Source: Lama glama (taxonomy: Eukaryota). Taken from it: a stretch of 64,000 bases of DNA. Positions 38,901 to 52,270 of this stretch are shown one piece after another. Below the pieces are notes generated by a model. That model made no database searches. It was not told the origin of the DNA and saw only the letters and a program-made list of their open reading frames with translations. Every line of letters begins with the position of its first letter. Position 1 is the first letter of the stretch. The position numbers were made by a program, and so were the translations under genes. The DNA lies in NCBI GenBank assembly GCA_028534125.1, contig CM052816.1, positions 25,298,001-25,362,000 of the forward strand, written 5' to 3'.

Positions 38901-40859
38901 GAAATGACTCTGGTCCACACTGTCCACATTCAGGAAAGAAATTTCTGTTTTGTCTATGGAAACGCAGTCCTGTCTAATCTATTATTTGTACTTACCATCA
39001 TGTCAGAATGTAAGCTGTTAAGTTTACCAAGTGAGTTTGTTCGACATTTCCAGAGCAATTCCAACCAAATTGGTACACTAGCAGTTTATATCAGTGAGCA
39101 AGGCAGTCACCAACCAAGACATACTTTCCAGTTCTTTTTAGTCAAAATTGATTTGGAAACTAAAGCCTCCACAAAATTTTTTTCCCCAGGTTAAAAATAT
39201 GGCAAACAACTTTGCTCTCTCCTCCCCCTGCCACCTAAATTCAAAAATAAAGTAGCGTGTATCATTTTTGTTAGAGTAACTTGTTGAAGAAATCAAATTT
39301 ATTTTAGGGTAAACCAATCTCTAAAACAAACTGAAATAATGCAAAGGATTGATTCATTTTTTCATGTCTTACTCTTTTCTGGAGCTTACTTTTTAAAAGC
39401 CTCCCCTTTTCCTTCAGTATCATCAATCATTCTTAATAGGTTTAACAACACTTGGAGCAATGTTTGAATTACTGTTAAACTTCTCTTCAAATTACTTGGT
39501 TCATACTCAGAGTAGAAAATAGTTAATATCTTTGTAAATTTATTTTTGTTTGATTCTTAAATTTCTCTAACAGTCATCTTGGAACTAGGAAGTATCATTA
39601 TTCTGTTGACATGTGTGATTTTTCAGGTGATCTAAAAATGCTGTGAAAGCATTTTGCAAAGCTTCAGTTACAGGATTTTATCAGTATATAATATACTAAA
39701 GTTCAGGCCATAATCCTGCAAGAAATTCTTGAGTCTGAAGCTAAAACTGAATCAAAAATGTTTAAGCCAATAATCCGTTCTTACCAGGATTTTTCTCTAT
39801 ATATCCTGACAGGAAAAAACAAAACAAAACAAAACAAGAAACTCTTTCATTGTGTTGGTGACAAATGATACATGTTACTTCTTGCTTTGCATCTACAGTG
39901 GGTTTGAGGGTGGCCAAAGTCATGTAATGACTTGTGTCCCCCATGTTGTGTATTCTTTCTGCTCTTTGTGTGATACAAATATTTATACCATGCAAAGACT
40001 TTGCCTCCCTAACTCAGAATTCTCTGCTCGGAAGACCACAGCCATTAAGTGATTGTAAACAGCACCATTTGACTCTTGTGGCCACCCTGGAAGATCAAGT
40101 TGAAAGAATTTAGGCTGCGAGAAAGCAAATGCTTGTTTAAACACATGTATGATATAATTAAGGGAAGACTCTAGGGAAATTATCCAAAACACATAAGAAT
40201 CAAATAGATTCACTTTAACAAGTATAAGACCTCTGTTCAGATAAAAGCTTTTCGTGGCTCTCTAAGAGAACATACTTGAAAAAAGAAGGGTGGGGATAGA
40301 GATTATAATTCATTCCAGAACTATATAGCATAAGTAAATGAACAATAAAAATGATAAATTGGGCAATAAAAAAGATTACAGAAATAATGCTTTCACATAC
40401 TGGGCATTCATTAAGTTGACTTCTCAATGTAATTACTTTAACATTTCTACTTCTGATTCAGTACAGATTTTTAGATCATTAAGTTAGATAGTAAATAATA
40501 TACATTTTTCCGGAAGGTAATTTATGATCTAACAAATTCCCCCACAGAGCGTAAATGTCTGATGACCAGATCAGAATTTTCTGTAGTAAATTTTTGGACT
40601 TAAAATCATTGTTTAAAACCACTTCAACAGCTATGTACTTTGTACCTGTTATGCTAGGCTTTGTATAGTAAATTTGCACATATTTGACACAGCAATTATT
40701 TCATACACTTCTGTTTTTCCATAAGATTTTGTAAATACTCTCTACTTTATACATTATATAATATCTACTTTATGTATCATTTAGTAACTATTTTGTGTAT
40801 GAGTTTTGATTCCCACCTAAATTACAATGGCATGGTCACCACCTTACACCACTACGTAA

Positions 40860-41600
40860 GTATCAGTAAAGCACTGTAAGAAAACAGATGAAGATTCAAT
40901 TAATTCTTCCTCAGGCAGGTGAAAAAAAAAAAAAAGGGATTCAAGATATGGTATTTGATCTAGGTTTCCAGAGTGTAGCAACTCATTAGACAAGTAAGGT
41001 AGTAAGAACATTCCTAGCACGAGAAAAGAATATGGCACAGACATGTGGAAGTACATGGTATATACACTCAATCATGGAACCTTGCTACTCCAAGAGACAT
41101 TTGATCACCTGGAAACTTGCTGGAAATACAGAATCTCAAGCTCCATCTTTGAACTTCAGATTCAGAATCTATATTTTAACAATCCCTGGGTTGTCTGTAT
41201 GCCCACTAAAGTCTGAAGTGCTCTAGTTTAAGGGGCTTGCATTGTTGGAATGTTGGAAGTCCATGCTGCTGGAAAAGGTGGGTGGAAACCTGACAGGAAT
41301 AAGACTAAATTACAGTATCTAGGAGCCTGCAATCCACCCTATAGGCGTCCTATAGTCCACCCACGATTTTCTGAAGAGCAGAATGACAATACTAAACCAA
41401 AGTTGTAGGATACTAATGCTTGTGAAAAAGGAGAAGGAAACTAGCTAGGATATTTTTGTAGTTGTTTAGGTAAAAGATCATGATGAATCCCTAGCCTGAG
41501 GCAGCAGTAGTAGAAATTGAACGAATAAGACATATTACAGAGGAATGCTTCAGAAAAGATTACCATGGTTTTATCATAGTGCTAAGAAGCTATATTGAAA
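40860..41600 (-). mobile_element. L2 fragment interrupted by MER5A
   Basis: tatttgatctaggtttccag...aacattcctagcacgagaaaagaatatggcacagacatg; resumes after 41230 (gttgtttaggtaaaagatcatgatga). Confidence 0.55.
41080..41226. mobile_element. MER5A hAT-Charlie MITE
   Basis: atcacctggaaacttgctggaaatacagaatctcaagc...ttcagaatctatattttaacaatccc...cactaaagtctga. Confidence 0.85.
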
Positions 41601-41764
41601 GAGGACAGACTGAGAAAAGGAGTCATTCTAGTAAGTGACTAGTTTCTAGAAGACCCCTGTGAAATATTGTTGGAGTCAAATATAGATGGAAGTTGTTCGG
41701 GGTATAAAGGTAAAGAAACCTCAAAAGTGGGATGCCAGATTGGTCAACATTAGTAACACAGGTC

Positions 41765-42010
41765 ATTTACCCACTCAGTCATCATTTATTTAACAATGTC
41801 AAGTGTCTGACACTTAGAGACATGATAGCTGTGTATGAGCATATGGAGTCTGCCCACAGAATTTCAGGTTCTGGAAGAGACAAAAAACAAACAGGTAGAT
41901 GAAAGACTGTGTAATGTAATTTAAGATGGAGATTAGTATTCGTGTTATAAAAAAAAAATAGGGCAGGCTCAACATCAAGTCAGAGGTCAGAGAAGGACTC
42001 TGTGAACCTG
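41765..42010 (-). mobile_element. L2 3' end
   Basis: cactcagtcatcatttattt...gtctgcccacagaatttcaggttctggaagagac. Confidence 0.55.
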
Positions 42011-42427
42011 GCCTTCACAACAGAAGAAAAAGGTGAAGAAGTATCTAGAACTGTCTCGGGAATTCAAATACAGTTAAGAAGACATTTTGTTTTATTGTTT
42101 TGCAGAAGAAATTGAGTCATTTTAATGATAATCAAGACCTTAAATTTGGTTTTTTTTTTCACAGTTTTACTCTTTCACCTATGGTATTATGTTGGTCTAT
42201 GTAATCCAACCGGAAGAGAAGGGAGGAGAGAAAAAGATTTTTCAAAAGATTAAGTCAAAGTTTCCAACAGGTGGGGTGACTTGGTCAAGATTACATATCC
42301 AAAAATTATGAGCTCTCTGATCTTTTGACTTACAGATGACTTAACTGCTAAGTAGTAAATTATGCATTAAAGTTTGTTAAGCATATAAAAAAGCTTCAGG
42401 CTACATATCTAAAAATATAAATCTCAT

Positions 42428-42953
42428 TGTGGTACATTAAAGACGGCTGCAAATTCTTCTCTGCTCCTCTCACTGCGGAGCAGAGTCTAATTCTCCTCCC
42501 CTTGAGTCAGGGTAGGTGAAATGATTTAATTGTTACAGCATGTGTAGAAAGTGATGTGATGCTATGTGACTTTTAAAGCTGAGTCTAAGAAGCCTGGAAA
42601 TTTCTGCCTTTGCCCATGACATCACTCACTCTGAAGGGAAGCCAGCTAACAAGTAAAAAGTCAAAGTATCCTGAGACCATCATGCTGTGAGGAAGACCAG
42701 AAAAGCCATGTAGAGACGGTGCAGAGCAGCTGTTCCAGCTGTGGTTGCCCCAGTTTAAGATCTATGGGTGAAGAAGCTTTAGATGTCTCTGTATCAAGCT
42801 GTTGTTAGATGGCAACCCCATGAGAAACCCCCATGGAGAACGGCCCAGCTGAATCCAGTCAACCCACAGAACTGTGAGAGATTTAAGTGAAATATTGTTT
42901 GAAGTCATCAAGTTTTGTGGAAGTTTCTTACACAGCAATAAACAACCAGAACA
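42428..42953 (+). mobile_element. Complete MaLR solo LTR (MLT1G/H-like)
   Basis: TG...CA termini; perfect 5-bp TSD CTCAT at 42423-42427 and 42954-42958; cagtcaacccacagaactgtgagag. Confidence 0.9.
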
Positions 42954-43579
42954 CTCATTCTGTTCAAGAGGCATGAGATGGAACAAAAAGTATTGTAAAT
43001 AAAGGGATACCAACTCTACTACTGACCTTCTTTCATAGGTATCTTATTCTATTAACATCCACATAGATTTCCACATGACCCAAAGGATGTTTGTTTAGGA
43101 AAGGAATGCCTTTTATATTGGATTTATAATGCTTTTTTTTTAATTTGTTTTTTTGTATTTATATTATTAAATGTAGTGCTCTGAGAAACAATATAGCATC
43201 AAAGGGTGCTAAACCTGGGAAGTACCTTCCTTGGAGGTCATTGGTTCAGTCGTCTTAATTTGCACATGAGGACAGAGGGGAAGGGAGAGCATGAAAGATT
43301 CTATAATTTGCAGAAATTCATATTAACTTAGTGATAAAACCCCAGATCTCTAGACTTATTTTTCTTTTTCTCAGAGATTATTTTAAAAATAATGTCTCAG
43401 TAGATGAAATCAGCATGGTATTATTTTACTACTAGATTACATTTTATATTGTCAGATGAATCCAAGTATTATATAAATTAGACCTAACACTTCAGTCCTG
43501 AAAGCAGTACTGTTTTTTTTTCTGATATACTGTGTTACACAATATTGGTTAGCAATTTAAAAGCAAGTGTGTTCCCCAA

Positions 43580-43815
43580 AAAACTAATGAATGGGGACTA
43601 AATTCAGAAGAGCAGTTACCTGTAGGATGGAGGGAGAGGACTGACTAGAAAGTGGTACATGATAACTTTCTGGGGTGATGGAAATTATCTATAACTTGAT
43701 TGAAGTTTTATTACATGTGATGAATATTTATTTGTTAAAACTCTTAGCACTGTATTCTTAAGATAGAATCTGAGCATTTCACTATGTGTAAATTACTCCT
43801 TAATTAAGAAAAAGA
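43580..43815 (+). mobile_element. L1ME 3'UTR fragment (copy 1)
   Basis: aactttctggggtgatggaaattatctataacttgat...catttcactatgtgtaaattact. Confidence 0.75.
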
Positions 43816-44409
43816 ATAAGAACAAAAAGGAGAGGGAGATTTTTTCCTTCATATAAGAAAATGACTTCTCAGCAGTTGTCTTCCCAATAGTGGAGATGGT
43901 TTGGGCTTAAGTACCCTCTCTCTCTACTTTTTAAAATTTTGAAATGGTCAGGGGTATGTACATCTGTGTTCATAAAATAAAGTGAAGCTAACGAAGCCAC
44001 TCAGAGGCTAAATATATGTGATCATAAACATTAGTGTTAGAAAGGGTCTGATAAATCATCTAATCCAACTTTTTTTCATTTTATGGATAATCTTTGTCTT
44101 GCTAACAAATCCAGTAAACAACTGTGCTCTCTTAAAACTAGATGGAAAGTGAATATGTTGAACCGTTGTTTGTAAAGTAGAAAGCCATTTCTCCAATGAA
44201 ATCAGGTCAGTAAATAAAAATGGAGTAAAGCTCATATTCAAAAAGAAAGAGAGAAACCCAAAGAGAATAAGCATTTTAGCTTAACTGAAACATGAGTTAG
44301 GTTTAAACTGAAGCATGAGTTAGGTGAGTGAAGGACTATAGCCTTTGGTTTTTTCTTCTCCAAGTGGATGTGCCAGTTGGAGAGTTGCATAGACTATCAT
44401 GGATAAAGA

Positions 44410-44650
44410 GAGGAGGGGTAGCACAGTGGAAAGAGAGTGGACCCTGGATGAAGCTGCTTGGGTTCCAAGTCTCAGCTCTGCTTCCTGATGGCCATGTGAC
44501 TATGGCATATCTTCTCTGTGCTTAGTCACCTCACATGTCAGATGGGATAATATTACTTACCACACTGAGTAGTTACAAGATTTAAGTGGGTTAGTATTTC
44601 TAAACACTTAGAATAAGTCTTGGCTCATTGCAAGTGCCGTATAAATGTAT
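44410..44650 (+). mobile_element. Near full-length MIR
   Basis: tRNA-derived head tagcacagtggaaagag; B-box-like gggttccaagtc; core; tail aaacacttagaataag. Confidence 0.85.
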
Positions 44651-45489
44651 ATTTAAGATATGAAAATAAACAGCTTCCATAATGCATCAGCTTTGACTTC
44701 TGGGTTAGTTTCTTTAGATGGCGAAAAATTTCAAGAGAACTACTTCCTTTTTTTTTTTTTTTTAAACAGTTGTCTAGCCCATATGATTGGATATCGACTT
44801 TTTTAGGTGGTTATTTTAACAAATCAACTTTATTAAGTCTTTCTTCAGCATTGTCTCTTTCCATAGAAACTTAATACTCTTTTCTTCCCATTCATATTTG
44901 GCCTCTGGTCTGGTATTTATTAAATAGTAACAACAGAAAGTAAAACTTATGTGATTTAAACTCAACAGTTGTTTGGTAGGCACCAATTCAACATGTGAGG
45001 CAAGGGAACAGACCCACCTCAGAACAGCCAGTCACTTGCAGAGGACAGTAGGCATCAGTCACTGTGTTATGACACAGAGAATGAGAACTTTGACTAGTCT
45101 ACAATTTAAAAGAGTTGCTATTGTCCTGTGAAACTATCATTTTAAGGCACCTGGAGGCTTTGTGCTGTTTCAAACTTTAACTTGAGAGATCTATTTATAT
45201 TTAACTTGAGAGATCTGTTTATAGTTTCAGACTTACAACATTATATGTTTATTGTTATTGTTATAACTTAAAATACTTCTCTGCTGAATTTTTTTTAGAA
45301 TTATTAATACTAAGTAGTTTAGGGAAAAAAGTTGTGGAACCATTGTCAACAATTCTTTAATACAGTGTCAGATGAATCCAAATATTATATATATTATACA
45401 TAAGACTTCAATCCTTGAAGCAGAACTATTTGTTTTTCTGATGTACTGTATGATACTCTATTGCTTGGTGATTTAAAAGCAAATGTGGA

Positions 45490-45625
45490 AAACTCATCTG
45501 CGGGGGTAGAAATCAGAAGAGTGGTGATCTGCAGGATGGAGAGAGGTTGACTGGAAAGGGATCCAAGAGAGCTGTCTGGGTGGCGGAAGCACTCCACCTC
45601 TAGATTGGGGTGGCCATTACACGGG
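45490..45625 (+). mobile_element. L1ME 3'UTR fragment (copy 2, part of the local duplication)
   Basis: tagaaatcagaagagtggtgatct...ttgactggaaaggg...gggtggccattacacggg. Confidence 0.65.
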
Positions 45626-48600
45626 CCACTGGTGTGTGATCTAGACAGACACTCTGCCCTTCTCACACCTTCTCCAGTGCCCAGAGTACCCACAGCCTTT
45701 TCAGTTCATTCCATTCTTGCTACTTGTTCCCAACCCTGTCCCTCCACCAACCAGGAACTGTTCACTAGTAACATGTCAGCAGAAGCAGCATGACTTCCCA
45801 CATGCATATCTGGCTAGAACGGGACAGGAACTAAATCCCTGATTTAAAAAAACAAAAAACAAAAATGCCGTGATTTAGAAATTGACACTGACATGAGCTG
45901 GGACTCTATTTGTGTTTTAAAAGCATCTGTTGTTGGGCCACTTCATGCTGACTGAGGTTTGACGGGGCACATTCCTTTCTTCCATTCTATTAAGGAGAGT
46001 GGTGGGCCACATAAGGATATGGCAAAAACACATCACTTGAGTATATGGGCTAGGCATGCACTCCAAAGATAAATTCAAGACTCTTCAACCCATGCTGAAA
46101 AGCATGCATTTTCATCCTAGACAGGCTGATTACAGCCTCACCAGCAGGCCTGAATGCTGATCCCCATTCAGTAACGCTTTGCCTCCTTTTGTTCCAGCAT
46201 CTCCCAGCAGTGAAAACATAATGTAAAAGAAACTGCCAAATGACAGCTCACTGCTACTGCTGCTGCTATTTTCTTAATATAAGAAAAATAATGGTGAAGG
46301 GGGATAATACAGTGAGTAGGAACATAAAAAAAGATGGAGGCAAATATATAAAATCCATTTAGATAATCAGAAACAGAGGAAGCCTTTGCAGCTATTTTAT
46401 GGTTTACCTTACTCTTAAGAAAATGAACAGTAAAACTAAATAAGAAAAAAGATGTTAATGATGGCAACTGCCATTAAGTGTGAGATGAACTTTTCAGCCT
46501 AATCTTTACCTCCCAATGGTAGCCTGAACAGTTTCTATGGAATAGCAGTGAAAATAGGTGTAGTTGAGGAGCCTGCATCCCAGCTACCCTCAAGACTGCT
46601 TAATGATACAGCTGCCCTTTTAGGATAATAAAGACATATCCTACCCCATTTCAAAACAATAATCCTACAAGAAAAACATAATGTGAATCCTTATAAATCT
46701 ACAAGCAAAAAGACCAACTGGGATCAGGCATAGCTAGCAACACCATTGCACCTGCTACCCCCATTTCCCCTACTAGGGACTGGATTCTTTTTTAAAGGCC
46801 CTTCTTCTCTGTTTGGTTCCTCTCCGTCAGAGCCCTTGTTGTCCTGCATGTGAACCTCACATAAATACTACACGGATTCACTATGTCCACTCCTGAATTC
46901 CAAAGGAGGATAGCTTAAAATGCACTTTTTTTTCAAGACAAGTCAACACATGGCAAACAAGAAAGCCCTATTTTAATTTAGAGAGCAGACTAAAACCCAC
47001 AGCGGAGAGGAGCTCTGACTCCCCAGTGCTCCGGGCTGTGAGCACCGGCAGTGGAACTGTCACAGTGAGGAGGCTCTCAGAGGAAGGGAAGGGGAATTCA
47101 AAGCCAACACCAGTTCCCCTGGGGTCTGTTGTAATCAGGAGACAAATGGTCTGTACTCAGTAGCATGTATTCATTGTGTTGTAAGAGGCTGCCAAGGCGA
47201 GCTTTCCTATGCTTTTGTGAAAATACAGTACAAGTCTTTTTTTGCTCTCAGTTGCTTTAGAACAAGAAGAATAAAAAAAGTCCACTGCTGACAAACACTG
47301 CTTTGGGCATTTGACACTGGTCTTTGATCTAGTTACTCAGACAGTTCAAAATGAACAAATTAGGTGTTTACAACAAAAGACATTCCGTTTCAGCCTGTTC
47401 AAGTGCTAAGCGGGGTGGACAGTCTTTTCAAACAGAGCTGGGAGACTCTCCCTGCCAGGCCACAGGACAAGCAATGGGAGTTGATTCCCCCACAGAAATT
47501 AATAAATGAGGATACTGCTCTGTGAATTACAAAAAAAAAAAAAAGATAGAAAGAAAACAAAGGGTTGGAGGGTCAACAAAATAAAATCTAAACCATCTGG
47601 ATCACTCAAGCTGGAGGCCCCCAGGGACACCTCTTGTTCTTCCTGCGGTGGTTTCATTATGGTACCAACACAGAAAAAGCTTTCATTCTCATTTCTGACC
47701 AAAGACCATGGCACCCATCCAGTCTACACACCACATAGAAAAGGGCAAAATCTTTATCCTATTATGTGAAGTCAGCTGGTGAAAGTATTCTATCTAGCGT
47801 TATTCTCAAAGAGGGGAGGAAAACTGGGTGTCTCTGTGTCATTTTCTATTCATGAAAGAGAATGGTTTTGTTCCCTGGACTCAAGTGTCTGTTTTGTTCC
47901 TACTGAAAACAGTGCGCTTAGAAAAGGATTCTTTGCCTTGGTCTCCTCTTTGTGAAAGGAAATGTTTATCCTATGAGATGATTTGTTAAAAGTTTTGGCA
48001 GTCTATGACCAGTGAAGGCTGCCTATAAATTGCATATGTAATTTGCACCATGTTTTTCTATTAGCATCAGGGGACAACCTGGGCTCTTTTATTAGTATTT
48101 TACAATGTTGGAAAAAGCAGGTGCCGTCTCAACAACTGTTCCAGCAGTAGTGGGCTTTGAGGTGTGCCGTGTGATTAAGGGGTACACATGGAACATGCTG
48201 AAAAGTGGCACCTTCAAATCACATTTCATTTGCATCAAGCAGTGGGGAACGGGAAAAAGGAAAGTGAGGAGAGAAAAAGAAAGCAATCTGCTAGCACAGA
48301 TCCAAACATCCCCTAGAATCGAAATGTCAGACTTGAAAATACCAAGTGAAGCAGCCTGTCTAATATGTTACCATCCTAGCTTATAATTACCGGAAAGTAG
48401 TTATTTATCTGTTGTGTTCAGCTACCCTGTCAGCACTCCTGATTTTAATTATCAGACTTCACTGAAAGTTCAATTTCCTCGGTTCCCTCCTCTTTCTGCA
48501 ACAATGCAGATCGGAATTTCTTCGTGGTTTCTGTGGACTATCTTGGCACATCTAAGCCAGCCTCAGTTCTTGTTGGAGAGGCAACTCTTCCCCTGGCGCT

Positions 48601-49284
48601 CAGGGAGGCAGCTGTTTGGCACAGCTTCCACCCACACAAGCATGACTCTTTAGTAGATCATAGTTCACAGCCTCTTGTCCATCAACCGGGGGGAAAAGAG
48701 AAGCCTCCAAGGAGATTGTTTGCTAGCTTCACCTCCACGGAGCACAAGGGCTTCAAACATCTGCCTGCAATGGTGCAGCTGAGCCAGGAAATTCAAAACC
48801 GCTCCAAATAAGGAACCCCAGGAAGTAAAACAAACAGTTGTTACTCTACCCTTCCTCCCTGAAAGGGCCAGTGAAGACAGTCTTGTTCTGGGTGTGATTC
48901 TTTCATGCAAGTCGACGGTTGAAACAGAGCCTTGATTGTCAGAAACAAGATCTGGAGAAGGTGGAGGACTTTGGAACCTGGGCGTACCTAACTTATAAAG
49001 AAAAACAGCTAGAACTTAGATGCTGAGTTTCCCCAATCTCCCACCAGTCTGCCACGACTGAATCCAGCCCTGAGGAGAGAAATAGATACTTAGGATAAGC
49101 TATTCTTACAAAGTCTGCTGAAAATCTGGACTCATCCTAAAGAAATTGTCTTAGACGGAAGTGAATGATCAGATGGTGGTGACATCTGTTAAAGTTCATT
49201 TGTAGCTGGGCGCGACAGCAACTCAAAGTTTCTCTAGTTGGTTAGCCATCCTCTGAGGTATGATTTTCCCCATCAGCCAAGGTT

Positions 49285-49510
49285 GGTGACAGTCAATGAG
49301 TAGTACAGACTTTGAATCCCAGCCCTGGCATTCACTACCTCTGGGACCTCTGAAACCTAACTCTTGTCAGTGCCTCAATATTCTCCCTATAGCAGGATAA
49401 CAGTTTCACCTCATAGGAATATTAGATATTGTAATATAGAAGAGTACTATATATGCCAAGTGCTTGGGGCGGTGCCTGACGTCTTGAGTACTATAAAAGT
49501 GTTAGGTACT
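49285..49510 (+). mobile_element. MIR SINE
   Basis: tttgaatcccagccctggcattcactacc...gtgcctcaatattctcccta...acctcatagg. Confidence 0.8.
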
Positions 49511-49855
49511 ATTATTGTTATTTTTGTTGTTATTATTATTACTACTGCTGCTATTACTATTTCATTTTCTTCGCTGTTTCCTCCTCCCCTGACATAGTGG
49601 TTTGATTTACTCAGAGTAAGCTCTCTGTAAGTACACACTGATTAACAATGTGCAGTACAACATTACAGCCTTTTAAGGAGAACTAGCTCATTGACAAATA
49701 CTTTGACCAGATATTCTGATAGGTTTGACATCTAAACAAGGTGACTGTAAGCGCTAATCTCTATGCAGTAGAGCATCACTGATTACATGCAAGTGTCTAA
49801 AATGGACAGGATTTTGTATATTTTACACAATTTTAGAATCTAAGGACTTGTTGTC

Positions 49856-50190
49856 TGTATTAGTTTCCCACAGCCACCCTAACAAATTACCACAGCCTTG
49901 GCCTAAAATAACAGAAATGTACATTCTCACAGTTCTGGAGGCCTCAAGTCTGTAATCAAGGTTTCAGCTGAGCCACACTCCCTCCAGGTTGCTCCACTGA
50001 TCTCTCTGACTTCTCCATTGAAGGTCTCCTATGATTATACTGGGCACAACTGGATAACTCAGGCCACTGTCACTATGCTAATGTCAGATGATTAGCAACA
50101 ATTGCATCTGGTAGATCCCTTTTGCCATTTAAGAAAAGACTTACAATACCAGAGGGTTAGGTTCATGAGGGCCAAAATTTTGCCTACCAA
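49856..50190 (-). mobile_element. MaLR LTR (MLT1C/D-like, internally deleted)
   Basis: tgtattagtttcc...taacaaattaccaca...ttctcacagttctggaggcc...tgcctacca. Confidence 0.8.
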
Positions 50191-50849
50191 GCTGGTAAAT
50201 CTTGCAATAAAGCACATCCGCAACCAAAAAAAAAAAAAAAAAAGACCCCTGCACTACCCATCAGAAGACTATGTTCCAGTGTCACCTCTACTGCCAGTTC
50301 ATTTGTTAATGAACATGAGTGGCCACTGCTCTGCTTGAGGACTAGTTTCTTGTAACTATAGAGTGAAGGAGTTTGAGTAGATGCCATGTAAACACTTTCA
50401 TTGCTCCAAAATTGTATAACTCTGTCCTCCAGTAGTGAAAAATTGTAACCCATTATCAATTTTCTGCAGTGCAAAGTGAATCTTGTAGTTTTTCAACCAA
50501 TTGCTGAGCTACTGTCAGTGCCATTGCCAGGTCAGAGCAATGGGATGCTGCCAACCTATATATACACTGTGCTTTTACAATAGATAACACCAAGTATATG
50601 ACATGATAAACATATCAAATAGTTTCCTTTAGGAAATCACTGACTATGCATGCAGTTGAGTCATTCAAAATAAAGGTTGGAGCTATTTGAGTTTAAGCTT
50701 TATTGACAGACATTACTTTTGTACAAATCATTTCATGTGGAGTTTAAATGCTACCAAGTATTCAAAGTGAAAGACACAGAGGGCCTCTAACTTTCAGCAC
50801 ATCTCAATGGCAACCCATAAAGAGTGCAAGCTGGAAGGCAATTTAGAAA

Positions 50850-51030
50850 ACTTATTGTATAGCAAATACAAGCACAGGCAAGAGATGAACTAGGGTGGTA
50901 GTAGTAAAAGGGTGATCAGGTTTAGAATCTATTTTTAAAGTTTTGCTTACATGCCTTGTTAATGGAATGGATGTGGAAAATGAGGAAGAGAAGGTTGAAA
51001 GCCCATCATTGACCAGTGTAGGGTAACTGT
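50850..51030 (-). mobile_element. L2 fragment
   Basis: gaactagggtggtagtagtaaaagg...aatggaatggatgtggaaaatgagga. Confidence 0.6.
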
Positions 51031-51669
51031 CAGTTATATCTTCAAACATAAACTCAGGCTTCTTTTTAAGGAAAAGGGAGTGCTAGTTTTCTTCATCATC
51101 TGTTCCCTTGGAGGACTTACTAATGTCTAGACATGAGGAGATAATGAAGGATAACTGGAGAGACGGTTACTGCTCCTAGTGCTGTCCAAGCCCAAGGCAT
51201 ACTAGCAACATGGAGAAGAAAACATCACGATCCATTCTATGCACATGGGGGCTGCACTGAAGGAGAGGGGCCAGCATAAAAGCATACACTCTGCCCTTTT
51301 CATAGCAGTAGTAAGGCAGCCACAATCAAAGAGGACAGATAATCATTTTACTTTAAACTATAATATATAACTGGATCAGCTTGTAACCAGAATGGTATTT
51401 GGCAAAATACAATAAAGTTTTTAGCTGTATTACAAATGCACCTTTATCAGAAGGTAAAATAGTTTCCTCCAAGTCTTCTTTTAGATCAAGAGGAAGTTGC
51501 TGCCACCTGCTTAATCTTCATACCTGCTCAAATTTTGATACCAAATATATATTAAATAAATCCAGTGAATATGTTCTGTATTGTAATCCATGAATACTCA
51601 GCTATACAAAGTCCTCTAATTTTTTTCAGGTATATACTAAGGCCTAGTATCAAGTATTTTATTGAGAGC

Positions 51670-51970
51670 CAATGAATTCAATAAATCAGTATGTATTTAC
51701 TGAGGTCTTACTAGAGAGGCTAGACTGCAAAGATTCTGAGAATACAGATATGAACACTATAAGGTCTCGTTCTCGTAGGAAGGAAAGAGACATAAACAAA
51801 TACCTGTATTACACATGGTGTCACAATAGAAAAATGAATGAAGTGCTACAGGAATATTAATAGGCTGTAGTTAGTATTTGGATGAGGGTCTCAGGTGAAG
51901 TAATTGAGAGAGCTGACATTTGAGTTGGACCATGAAGGCTTAAAATCATGACAAAAAGAAGGAGAAAGCG
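51670..51970 (-). mobile_element. L2 3' end
   Basis: tatgtatttactgagg...gaatacagatatgaac...gctgacatttgagttggaccatgaagg. Confidence 0.7.
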
Positions 51971-52024
51971 TACATTAGTCTGGGAGCTTGTTGGGATGGT
52001 GTAGTTCAAGACTGGTGGAGGTGG

Positions 52025-52270
52025 GGAGTAGGAGGGCATCGTGGTCAACAGCATGCTCTCTGCAACTCCCGCCTCTGTGTAAATCCCACTTCTGCCACTT
52101 ACTACGTGTCACTGGGCAACCTACTTAATCTCTGTGTGCCTCAATTTCCCCATATATAATACTGCGGTAACAGCCATTTCTTAGAGCTGTATAAAAATTA
52201 ACTAATTTAACATTTAGTGCTTTTGAGTAAGCTTTTAGTACGTAGTAACAGGTATACAATACTGTGATTA
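52025..52270 (+). mobile_element. MIR SINE
   Basis: aaatcccacttctgccacttactacgtgtcactgggcaacctacttaatctctgtgtgcctcaatttcccca. Confidence 0.85.
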
